A DNA stretch of 32,000 nt from Geotalea uraniireducens Rf4 (GTDB taxonomy: Bacteria > Desulfobacterota > Desulfuromonadia > Geobacterales > Geobacteraceae). This document shows, in pieces, positions 16,603 to 23,525 of the stretch. The number at the start of each line of letters is the position of its first letter. Position 1 is the first letter of the stretch. The translations under genes and the position numbers were made by a program. The notes below the pieces were generated by a model. That model made no database searches. It worked only from the letters and a program-made list of their open reading frames with translations, and was not told the origin of the DNA. Location of the stretch: assembly GCF_000016745.1 (NCBI RefSeq), contig NC_009483.1, forward strand, positions 840,001-872,000, written 5' to 3'.

Positions 16603-17523
16603 CTACAGGACTTGGTAAATGCGTTCTACCGGGCAGATTGTTTTAAAACGCCTGCGGGAGTTTCCGACAAGGGTTTCCGATTTGCCCAGTACCAGTATGC
16701 CTCCACTGGGCAGGACATTGGCAAAACCTTCAAGAATTTTTTCCTGTTGTGATCGCTCAAAATAGATGAGGACATTACGGCACAGGATGAGATCGCTCAT
16801 TACATAGGTGCTGACATCGTAGAGATCGCCCTGCCTGAAAGTAACCAGCTTTTTAATTTCCGGCAGCAGATGGTACTTTGACTCTATCCGGTCAAAATAG
16901 CGTGTTTTTATCGACTCGGACATCTCCGACAATCGATCTTCGTTGTATGCCGCCGTCCTTGCCACTTCCAAGGTCCCTGCGTCAACATCGGTCGCCAGGA
17001 TCGAGACATTGACCACTTTCATCTCGGCACCGAAGGTATCATTCAGTATCAGTGCAAGGGTGTACGGCTCTTCCCCGCCGGCGCAGCCGACGCTCCAAAG
17101 CCTGAGGTCGCGACGTCCCTCATTGTTGCACCGGGTAAAGAGTTCGGGGAATATATCATTTTTCAGCTTTTCAAAGGTGGGCGGATTCCTGAAAAAATGA
17201 CTGACATGAATCGTCAGCACCTTAAGCAGAAGTTCCAGTTCCGACTCGTTATTCAGAAGAAGCTCGCAGTAGGCTTCGGCAGTATTGCTGTGGGTTGCTC
17301 TTATCCTGATGCTGATTCGTCGTTTTATGCACTTGTCTTTGTAACAGTCAAGGTTAAACCCCTTCAGGTTTTTCAGTATTTTACCGATCGTTTCGAAGGC
17401 TTCGGAAGAGATGTCGGGAGAACTTCTTTCCGGCAGGCCGATTATCTTTATGGTGGGTTTGCTCATCTCAGAAGGCATTAGCTGGCGGTGGATAAGAATC
17501 GGTTGTCCAACTGCATTGCGCAC
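16603..17523 (-). CDS. cheR: CheR-type MCP glutamate O-methyltransferase
   Basis: CheR N-terminal helical domain followed by a SAM-binding domain (LRLWSVGCAGGEEPYTLA, ILCRNVLIYF). The start is uncertain: ATGs at 17523, 17478 and 17466 all lack a clear SD. Confidence 0.85.
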   Translation of the reverse strand: MRNAVGQPILIHRQLMPSEMSKPTIKIIGLPERSSPDISSEAFETIGKILKNLKGFNLDCYKDKCIKRRISIRIRATHSNTAEAYCELLLNNESELELLLKVLTIHVSHFFRNPPTFEKLKNDIFPELFTRCNNEGRRDLRLWSVGCAGGEEPYTLALILNDTFGAEMKVVNVSILATDVDAGTLEVARTAAYNEDRLSEMSESIKTRYFDRIESKYHLLPEIKKLVTFRQGDLYDVSTYVMSDLILCRNVLIYFERSQQEKILEGFANVLPSGGILVLGKSETLVGNSRRRFKTICPVERIYQVL

Positions 17524-17720
17524 TGTCGGTTGTATGAATGAGGGTCGCCGGGATCAGGGTGGGCATGAAGCAAACCTTTGCATTGGAAGCGATTGGATAA
17601 CGCTCGAAACTACGACGTTCATAGCAAGTTGTGTCACAAAAGTCAATCTGCTGTAACGGGGGGCTTTGATTGTTACGGGCTGTTGTATTGCCGAATGAGA
17701 CCATGGCCGGTGGCCTGATG

Positions 17721-18059
17721 TCATCGTGCATGGAGTTCTTCGCAAAGCATATTGTAGCTGTCTTCTCCCGCGACAAACCGGGTTATCCTGACACCCATGC
17801 CACTTTTTTTGACGAGCCGCACCATGTTTGCCGGCACCTTTTTGGCCCACATCACGCGGGCTTCCAGTGTGACGATGTTCTCTTCGCTTAGCGCAAGATC
17901 AATTTTGATCTTGCTTCCAGGCGGAGCGACGTTTGCTGTTTTGATGAACATCCCCTGATGGGAGATATCTTCCGTAAAGGCAAAACGGTCGGATTCCTGA
18001 AGACCGAATTTTAAGGTCAGTCTTTTACGATGTCTTCTGATGTTCCGTTTGTCCGCCAT
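17721..18059 (-). CDS. PilZ-domain c-di-GMP receptor
   Basis: 112 aa with both halves of the PilZ c-di-GMP motif: RRHRKR (RxxxR) and DISHQG (DxSxxG). Confidence 0.8.
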   Translation of the reverse strand: MADKRNIRRHRKRLTLKFGLQESDRFAFTEDISHQGMFIKTANVAPPGSKIKIDLALSEENIVTLEARVMWAKKVPANMVRLVKKSGMGVRITRFVAGEDSYNMLCEELHAR

Positions 18060-18202
18060 GTTTGGCCTGCCCTTCCCGGTAAAAACTGCCGTAGATTACC
18101 ATATATTTCGCATAAGTAAAAAGAAAACTGTGCCGGCAGCTGTTGCGAGAAGATAGTTCCGCGGCAGTTCAGGGGAGGGCGACGTTTAAGATGGCGGCGA
18201 CG

Positions 18203-18925
18203 TTACTCCTTGGTTTGCAGCAGGTTTTTCACCCTGTCCACCCGGAATACATACCAGGTATCCGCTTCCGCCATTCGACGCTCGGATTCGGTAGAAACCA
18301 GCCCCTCAAGGGTTACCACATAATTGCGGCAGGTAACGCGGATCTGGGTGGCGTTGACAAAGGGGTCCTTTTCCAGCATCAGCCTGATCGCATCAACGAC
18401 TTCATCGTCGTTGTCCTCTTCAGGCGGCGCTACTTCCAGTCCGTTTACAACATCACTGCTTCCCGGCACCCACCATGCCAGCACCCCTGTAATCCGTTTC
18501 TGTGAGAGGCTGCCGACCTGGCCGTTCAATGTCACCACCCCGTTGATCACCTCCACTTCAATGGCGCCAAACGGGGTGACCGGTTCCCTGACGGTTTCCA
18601 TGCTTCCTTTTATCAGAGCCCTGATGGCATAGGCTTCCAGAAGCTGTTCCGAAAGGAGGGCGTTACAGACGTGATCGCGGATTTCGCCGTCCTCCATCTG
18701 CTCGGCGGGCTGAACGTGGAGCCGATCAACGATTGCCGAAACGCCGGGAACGGCGCCTGCAATTTCCAGGGCAATCTTTTTTGCAGCGATATCTCCCGTC
18801 TCCCCAGTCAGTGTCGCTACCCCGTCAAGGTAGTCGATTTGAATCGGGTAGGCGTGGAGGTTGACAAGAGTCTCTTGTTCAAGTGATGCCGCGATTCTCC
18901 GGATGATTTCGTCTGCACTCTTCAT
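18203..18925 (-). CDS. BON-domain protein (OsmY/DolP-like; roughly 2-3 BON repeats, no obvious signal peptide)
   Basis: Repeated BON pattern '...V..GV.TL.G.V.s...k..a...a..v.GV..V.n.L.V': YLDGVATLTGETGDIAAKKIALEIAGAVPGVSAIVDRLHV, and VINGVVTLNGQVGSLSQKRITGVLAWWVPGSSDVVNGLEV, plus a third partial repeat. Confidence 0.75.
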   Translation of the reverse strand: MKSADEIIRRIAASLEQETLVNLHAYPIQIDYLDGVATLTGETGDIAAKKIALEIAGAVPGVSAIVDRLHVQPAEQMEDGEIRDHVCNALLSEQLLEAYAIRALIKGSMETVREPVTPFGAIEVEVINGVVTLNGQVGSLSQKRITGVLAWWVPGSSDVVNGLEVAPPEEDNDDEVVDAIRLMLEKDPFVNATQIRVTCRNYVVTLEGLVSTESERRMAEADTWYVFRVDRVKNLLQTKE

Positions 18926-19010
18926 ACCCGTCTCCTCTGGCTGTTGCCGCCGTCAAGTGAGCTGTACCTTGCTATATTTTACTCAAATAACGGAGTTTAA
19001 CCAGGGACGG

Positions 19011-19040
19011 CGTAACAAAAAAGGGCGGCCAAAGCCGCCC
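19011..19040 (-). terminator. rho-independent terminator after the 19087-19524 gene
   Basis: Minus strand reads GGGCGGC-tttg-GCCGCCC followed by TTTTTTGTTA. Confidence 0.6.
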
Positions 19041-19086
19041 TGCCATATATTAAATATAAACGATAAAAACGCCCTGATAATACGCT

Positions 19087-19524
19087 TTACACCATCTCTT
19101 CCAGCTCATGCTCCGCGATCTGGACGATTTCCAGGTAAATAGCGATCATGACGCCGACCTCGCACCATTTTTTGGCGATGGAGCGGAGCAGTGACCAGCC
19201 GTTCACCACCGTGCCGGAAAAGAGCAGGATGCCGATCATCCTGTCTTCTTCACAGGTCATCAGGAACACGGAATAGACGGCAATGGTCAGCATCGAAGCG
19301 AGCCAGGCCAGCTCCGGCCCCTTGAACGGGTTCGACATGACCTTGAGGTAGTCGATATAATAACGGCTGAGCCCCCCGACTTTCTGCAGAAATTCGCCCA
19401 CTTCATCTTTTCCCTGCTTCAGATAGGCGTAGGAAAGAAACCGTTCCTTTGCCCGTTCTTTTCCCCCGGTCATCCGTTCATGGACATATTTGTCGATCGC
19501 TTCATCAATTACCTGAGTATTCAT
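19087..19524 (-). CDS. hypothetical membrane protein
   Basis: 145 aa from the ATG at 19524, which has GAGGTG 6 nt upstream (the ORF is open to a GTG at 19533). A soluble charged N-terminal half is followed by 2-3 hydrophobic segments. No family recognised. Confidence 0.5.
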   Translation of the reverse strand: MNTQVIDEAIDKYVHERMTGGKERAKERFLSYAYLKQGKDEVGEFLQKVGGLSRYYIDYLKVMSNPFKGPELAWLASMLTIAVYSVFLMTCEEDRMIGILLFSGTVVNGWSLLRSIAKKWCEVGVMIAIYLEIVQIAEHELEEMV

Positions 19525-19768
19525 GGCCGCCACCTCTTGGTTCCTGAGCTGAGTATCCCAACCCTCCGGTTCTTAAGAACACATCCCTTTGCAGGATTTT
19601 AAATACATAAATCGTGCCGGTATTATGAGGGGTGAAAGTGAAGGCTGTGTAAAGGTAATTATACCCGATTTCGCGGGATTTTCTCCGGCAAATTTGTGTG
19701 ACCATGCCTGTGAATTTTCGGAAAAATACGAGATGTTTTTTTGCATCGCTGCGAGATTGATTGGTTCA

Positions 19769-19807
19769 TTTTTGCACATGTGCAAAAATGATGGTGCATT
19801 TTGCACC
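19769..19807. promoter_or_regulatory. two adjacent perfect palindromes sharing GTGCA/TGCAC half-sites (candidate operator pair)
   Basis: TTTTTGCACATGTGCAAAAA (19769-19788, 20 bp perfect) and GGTGCA-TTT-TGCACC (19793-19807), in the 370-nt non-coding gap upstream of the 19087-19524 gene. Confidence 0.35.
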
Positions 19808-19870
19808 AGGATGTGACGATTTGAACGGTTGACGAGGGGGAGGCAAAAGTGTCCTTGACGGGGCTGAAGA

Positions 19871-19895
19871 GGGGAACAGGCACAGCCTGTTCCCC
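19871..19895 (-). terminator. 11-bp perfect hairpin immediately after the small secreted-protein gene
   Basis: GGGGAACAGGC-aca-GCCTGTTCCCC starts 7 nt past the stop. The minus-strand tail is TCTTCAG, a weak U-tract. Confidence 0.45.
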
Positions 19896-19902
19896 GTGCG
19901 GA

Positions 19903-20145
19903 CTAATGCTTCTTATGCTTGCCGCGCTTGCGTCCTTCTTTTTCGTGTTCCTTGTCTCTCTTTTTGGACTTGTAATGACCGAGGTGTTTCCCCTGGTCTC
20001 CTTTGGATACGACCTGTACAGTCGGGGCAGGGGGAAGATTACCCCCTTTGATGTTGATGTTGAGATCCACACCGGTAGCTGCAAGAGCCGCTGTGGATGC
20101 TGCAAAGAAACCGGCTAAAATTACCATCATCAAGAGTTTTCGCAT
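19903..20145 (-). CDS. small secreted protein with a Lys/His-rich tail
   Basis: The ATG at 20145 (AGGTGA 4 nt upstream) gives 80 aa: signal peptide MRKLLMMVILAGFFAASTAALA followed by the C-terminal tail KHLGHYKSKKRDKEHEKEGRKRGKHKKH. The longer 136-aa ORF prefix has no coding character. Confidence 0.45.
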   Translation of the reverse strand: MRKLLMMVILAGFFAASTAALAATGVDLNINIKGGNLPPAPTVQVVSKGDQGKHLGHYKSKKRDKEHEKEGRKRGKHKKH

Positions 20146-20251
20146 ACGTTCACCTTTTCTGAGAGTTGTCCCCGTGGTAAAAATGCGCACCAGGCGGGAA
20201 TCCTGGAACGCAGCCGGCAAGCTTCGGCATCGTTTCTCTTCAGCGTCCTTT

Positions 20252-21556
20252 TTATGAGCGCAGATATTCACCGATCTTTTCTGCCAGGGTGCTGTAGATC
20301 CGCTTGCATTCATCTTCTTCCTTTTCCAGGAGCGTTACTCTGAATCCCTGCAGTCCGGTGTTGAAGGAAGAGAGCGGAACAATGCAGATGCCGGTATGGG
20401 CGAGCATGTAGTAGACAAAACGCTTGTCCGGCGAGACGCCGGGGGCGTTGACGAGTCCCTCGACCAGTTCCCTGACCTCCGGATTGGCGATGGGGAGGCT
20501 CTGGCGGTTGTTGAGCAGTCCCTCTTCAAAGGCGACCGCCATATAAAAGGCGCCATTGGTGCGGTTGACGATCAGCCCCGGCACATCCTTGAGGAAGTCG
20601 TAGGTGATGTTGCTCATCCGCTCGTAACGGGCGATGCGCTCCGAGAGATAGTTGCCGTATTCCGGGTGGGACATGATGGCCGGAATGGTCTTCTGCGGCA
20701 GGGTGGTGGAGCAGACCTCGTTCATCTTGGTACTGAGGATGGAATTGATGTATTTCTTGAAGCGCTCGTCTCTGCCGTAGTTGTAGACCTCGATCCAGCC
20801 GCAACGGGAGCCGGGCCAGGGGAGTTCCTTGGAGATCCCCTTCATGGCAATGGCCGGTACATCGCCGATCACGTCGGAGATGGGGACGGTCTTTTCCTTG
20901 TTGTAGACGATGTTGTTGTAGACCTCGTCGGCGATGATGAACAGGTCGTATTCCTTGGCGATGGCGACGATCTCCCGCAGGGTCTCGACCGGGTAGACCA
21001 TGCCGGTCGGGTTGTCCGGGTTGATCAACATGATGCCGGAGATCTGCGGGTTATACCGGGCGTGGTTGCGCAGGTCCTCCAGGTCGGGATACCAGTTGTC
21101 TTCCGGCTTCAGCCGGTAGCAGACCGGTGCGGCAAGGGCATGGGCCGCTTCTCCGAGGGTGTGGGTGGTGTAGGTCGGTGAAGGCATCAGGACGCGGGTT
21201 TCGTGACGGAGGTTGCCGTATACCTTGGCGATGGCGTCGCCGAGGCCGTTGAAGAAGATGATGTCGTCCGGGGTGATCTGGGCGCCGCCGCGCTTGTTGG
21301 TCATCTCGCAGATGAACTCGCGGGTCTCCAGCACGCCGCGGGTATGGCAGTAGCCGTAGGTGTCGTCGTTCATCGCTTCCCTGGCTACGATCTCCTTCAT
21401 CCAGAGGGGGATGATTTCTCCCTTGACGATCGGGTCGCCGATGTTTTCCCAGTTGATCTTCACCCCGTGTTTTTGCAGCTTTTCCGCCACATTGACGATG
21501 TTGCGGATTTCGTAGGTCAGCTCGCCGGCTCCGGGGGTAACAATTTCGTTTCGCAT
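20252..21556 (-). CDS. PLP-dependent class I/II aminotransferase (alanine/aspartate aminotransferase-like)
   Basis: 434 aa. Fold-type I motifs: INPDNPTG, IIADEVY, and the PLP-Lys region GISKELPWPGSRCGW. GAGG RBS. Confidence 0.85.
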   Translation of the reverse strand: MRNEIVTPGAGELTYEIRNIVNVAEKLQKHGVKINWENIGDPIVKGEIIPLWMKEIVAREAMNDDTYGYCHTRGVLETREFICEMTNKRGGAQITPDDIIFFNGLGDAIAKVYGNLRHETRVLMPSPTYTTHTLGEAAHALAAPVCYRLKPEDNWYPDLEDLRNHARYNPQISGIMLINPDNPTGMVYPVETLREIVAIAKEYDLFIIADEVYNNIVYNKEKTVPISDVIGDVPAIAMKGISKELPWPGSRCGWIEVYNYGRDERFKKYINSILSTKMNEVCSTTLPQKTIPAIMSHPEYGNYLSERIARYERMSNITYDFLKDVPGLIVNRTNGAFYMAVAFEEGLLNNRQSLPIANPEVRELVEGLVNAPGVSPDKRFVYYMLAHTGICIVPLSSFNTGLQGFRVTLLEKEEDECKRIYSTLAEKIGEYLRS

Positions 21557-21596
21557 CTCTTACCTCGCTCTATTGTTTAAATGTCAGGCTTGATCT

Positions 21597-21630
21597 GAAA
21601 TAAAAAAGGCCGCGGGGGATACCCACGGCC
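21597..21630 (-). terminator. strong rho-independent terminator 41 nt upstream of the aminotransferase start codon
   Basis: Minus strand reads GGCCGTGGG-loop-CCCGCGGCC (one G-U pair) followed by TTTTTTATTT. Confidence 0.65.
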
Positions 21631-21786
21631 TTTGAATATAAGTAATGTGACAGCGCATACTCATGGGGCAGCGGGCGTACCTGCGGCGTAAAACGCCGCT
21701 GCGCTGATAGCTCGTGCATTCCCGTAAATGATGAGAGATGAAGTAATGTGCATAGATGTCTCAAATAGCACAGTCCAATTACCTAG

Positions 21787-22401
21787 TCAATGTTTTTGTG
21801 GGTCGAACTTGTCGTCGATGGAGATGGCAAAACGCCCGTCGTTGTCCCTCCAGCGCATCCAGCCATAGGCCGTCAGATCGACGAGCACGAGTGCCCAGTC
21901 TTCCTTGATCTCGATAATGCGCAGGTTCTTTTGCCGGGAAAGGGTGTCTATCTGCGGCGAGGTGGGGGATGGTTCCCGGCGAAGGAGATATAGATCTTTT
22001 TTCAGTCCAGGCAGGAGCCTTGCCGCCCGTCCCTTGAGAAAACTCCCCCATGGTGAATATTCCCAGTAGCGCGGCATTTCCAGCCAACCCTCACGCCCCG
22101 CGTCGTCATAGGCGATGCGCAACCAGTTCCCCTTTTTCCCGATTACCGCCACCGGGTATTCTTCGCGGCGTCCCTGGATCACCGGCGCAAGGGGGGGGAG
22201 ATCTTTGCCGTCGAGTTCGGCGATCCTTTCCACGCCAGGCTCCCGGTAAATGGCCAGAGCACGGACATCGTCGCGCTGGGGGGGGAATGGGCGGATGACC
22301 AGGAGGCCGTTGCCGCTGAATGGGCGGGACTTGGCAATGCCAAAGGCAGGCAACGCCGAAAGCGCCAGCAAAAGCGATATGATCAGGGTTCGAAACAGCA
22401 T
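21787..22401 (-). CDS. secreted protein with SH3-like repeats, unknown function
   Basis: Signal peptide MLFRTLIISLLLALSALPAFG. Two segments resemble bacterial SH3 domains (GNWLRIAYDDAGREGWL; EDWALVLVDLTAYGWMRW). Starts 6 nt after the cupin gene stop. Confidence 0.6.
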   Translation of the reverse strand: MLFRTLIISLLLALSALPAFGIAKSRPFSGNGLLVIRPFPPQRDDVRALAIYREPGVERIAELDGKDLPPLAPVIQGRREEYPVAVIGKKGNWLRIAYDDAGREGWLEMPRYWEYSPWGSFLKGRAARLLPGLKKDLYLLRREPSPTSPQIDTLSRQKNLRIIEIKEDWALVLVDLTAYGWMRWRDNDGRFAISIDDKFDPQKH

Positions 22402-22407
22402 ATACTC

Positions 22408-22875
22408 TTAGAAAAGCGCCTTAAGCCCGGCAAGATAGTCCGGAACTTCCGGAGCTCCGTCTTCGGGAGCCCATGGTGCTTTTTCCTCCTCGTTCAAAGG
22501 AATGTAAGGGCCAGCCTTGGCCTCGAAGAAAATGGTTCCTTTCTCCAGGCTCACCGCGGTATGGAATACCCCGTGAGGAATGTCCGCGATCAATGTTTCG
22601 TTTGCAACCGCAAGGGTGGCCTTCTCCATTACGGCGCCGTTCTCGTCGAAGGTGATGATCCCCAGTTTTCCCCTGAGGACGACGAACGATTCATCCTTGG
22701 TGGGGTCCAGATGCCGGTGGGGGCGGATGTAAGAGTCGGGCTCGATGGCGTTCAAGAGACGGTGACAACAGAAATCGTCCGAGGGGTGGAGGTTGAAGTT
22801 CTTTCTCAGCCGCGGGTTCTCCTGCGCCTGGGCGGTAATGGTATCCATCAATTGTTTGCCAACGATTTTCATCAT
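22408..22875 (-). CDS. WbuC-family cupin-fold metalloprotein
   Basis: RLRKNFNLHPSDDFCCHRLLNAIEPDSYIRPHRH...ESFVVLRGKLGIITFDENG matches my memory of the WbuC-type cupin family. The start is ambiguous: a TTG at 22884 and tandem ATGs at 22875 and 22872, preceded by GGGGAAG. Confidence 0.65.
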   Translation of the reverse strand: MMKIVGKQLMDTITAQAQENPRLRKNFNLHPSDDFCCHRLLNAIEPDSYIRPHRHLDPTKDESFVVLRGKLGIITFDENGAVMEKATLAVANETLIADIPHGVFHTAVSLEKGTIFFEAKAGPYIPLNEEEKAPWAPEDGAPEVPDYLAGLKALF

Positions 22876-22889
22876 CTTCCCCAATTTAA

Positions 22890-23009
22890 GTAACGCTCAA
22901 AAATGTCCATGTGCAAGGCGCGCAAAGCCTGAGGAGTGAGGCGTACACCGGTACGCCGCAGTGACGAAGGGTGTGCGCAACGCCGGAGATGGGCGTTTTT
23001 CAGCGTTAC
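22890..23009. repeat. about 120-bp imperfect palindromic (REP/MITE-like) element between the VOC and cupin genes
   Basis: Terminal inverted repeats GTAACGCTCAAAAA (22890-22903) and TTTTTCAGCGTTAC (22996-23009) match 13/14. A central GCGTAC-accg-GTACGC palindrome and partial arm complementarity lie in between. The right end overlaps the VOC stop codon. Confidence 0.6.
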
Positions 23010-23359
23010 CCCTCGACGAGAGCGAACTGGTTGCCGTCCGGGTCCTTCACCACAGCCATCTTGCCCCATGGAGTCCGTTCCAGCGGTTCGGCAAATGAAA
23101 CGCCGGCATTGGTCAGCTCCTTGCAAAGCTGCTCCAGGTCCGAAACGACCAGGGTAACGCCCGTATGACGCCCTACCAGCGGCTGCGCTGCCTCGTGCAT
23201 GGCCAATGACACACCCAGCGTGGCCCCATTGCCGGGAAAAAATTCCATCATCGCCACCGATTCCTGCACCAGCGGCAGTTTCAGCAATTCCTTGTAAAAG
23301 CGCTTTGCCCCTTCAAAATCCCGGACAAAGACCACCACGTTTTTCATCCCTTTTACCAT
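23006..23359 (-). CDS. VOC-family (glyoxalase/bleomycin-resistance/dioxygenase) protein
   Basis: MKNVVVFVRDFEGAKRFYKELLKLPL ... GVTLVVSDLEQLCKELTNAGVSF.EP....WGKMAVVKDPDGNQFALVE is a typical VOC betaalphabetabetabeta module pair. The ATG at 23359 (GAGG upstream) or at 23347 is preferred over 23392. Confidence 0.75.
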   Translation of the reverse strand: MVKGMKNVVVFVRDFEGAKRFYKELLKLPLVQESVAMMEFFPGNGATLGVSLAMHEAAQPLVGRHTGVTLVVSDLEQLCKELTNAGVSFAEPLERTPWGKMAVVKDPDGNQFALVEG

Positions 23360-23475
23360 CGCTCTGCCTCGCATACAACGGCTTCGGCACATGAAGCCGT
23401 CGTAGAAATTTCTAAATGGTTAGATAAATAGCAGACGAGCGGGCAACTGGCAAGGGCTATTTTTCTCGTCCTCCC

Positions 23476-23503
23476 TTGTCCTGTAGCGATAATCGGGTAT
23501 ATT
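23476..23503 (+). promoter_or_regulatory. sigma70-type promoter candidate for the thiolase-like gene
   Basis: TTGTCC-N16-TATATT, 23 nt upstream of the ATG at 23526. The GGGAGG RBS lies in between. Confidence 0.3.
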
Positions 23504-23525
23504 TATCAACACGGGAGGTGTCTTC

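Noticed and set aside
19658-19663. Perfect TATAAT on the minus strand upstream of the 19087-19524 gene
   Set aside because: There is no acceptable -35 at 16-19-nt spacing and no extended -10 TG, so it is not called as a promoter.
19761-19807. TGGTTCATTTTTGCA and TGGTGCATTTTGCAC as sigma54 promoters
   Set aside because: The GG-to-GC spacing is 1-2 nt too short for a -24/-12 promoter on either strand. They are better explained as palindromic operator-like sites.
19534-19870. c-di-GMP (GEMM-type) or other known riboswitch in the long 5' regions, including 21597-21786
   Set aside because: I could not find the conserved GEMM, glycine, SAM or T-box core sequences by eye. An Infernal/Rfam scan is needed before any class assignment.
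20396-21181. 261-aa plus-strand ORF rich in Asp/Gly/Val
   Set aside because: It is antisense to the aminotransferase, whose PLP motifs are clear. The composition is typical of a reverse-frame artefact.
21570-21764. 64-aa minus-strand ORF in the aminotransferase leader, considered as a leader peptide
   Set aside because: It has no run of a regulatory amino acid and no RBS, and it reads through the terminator stem. The region is treated as RNA structure instead.
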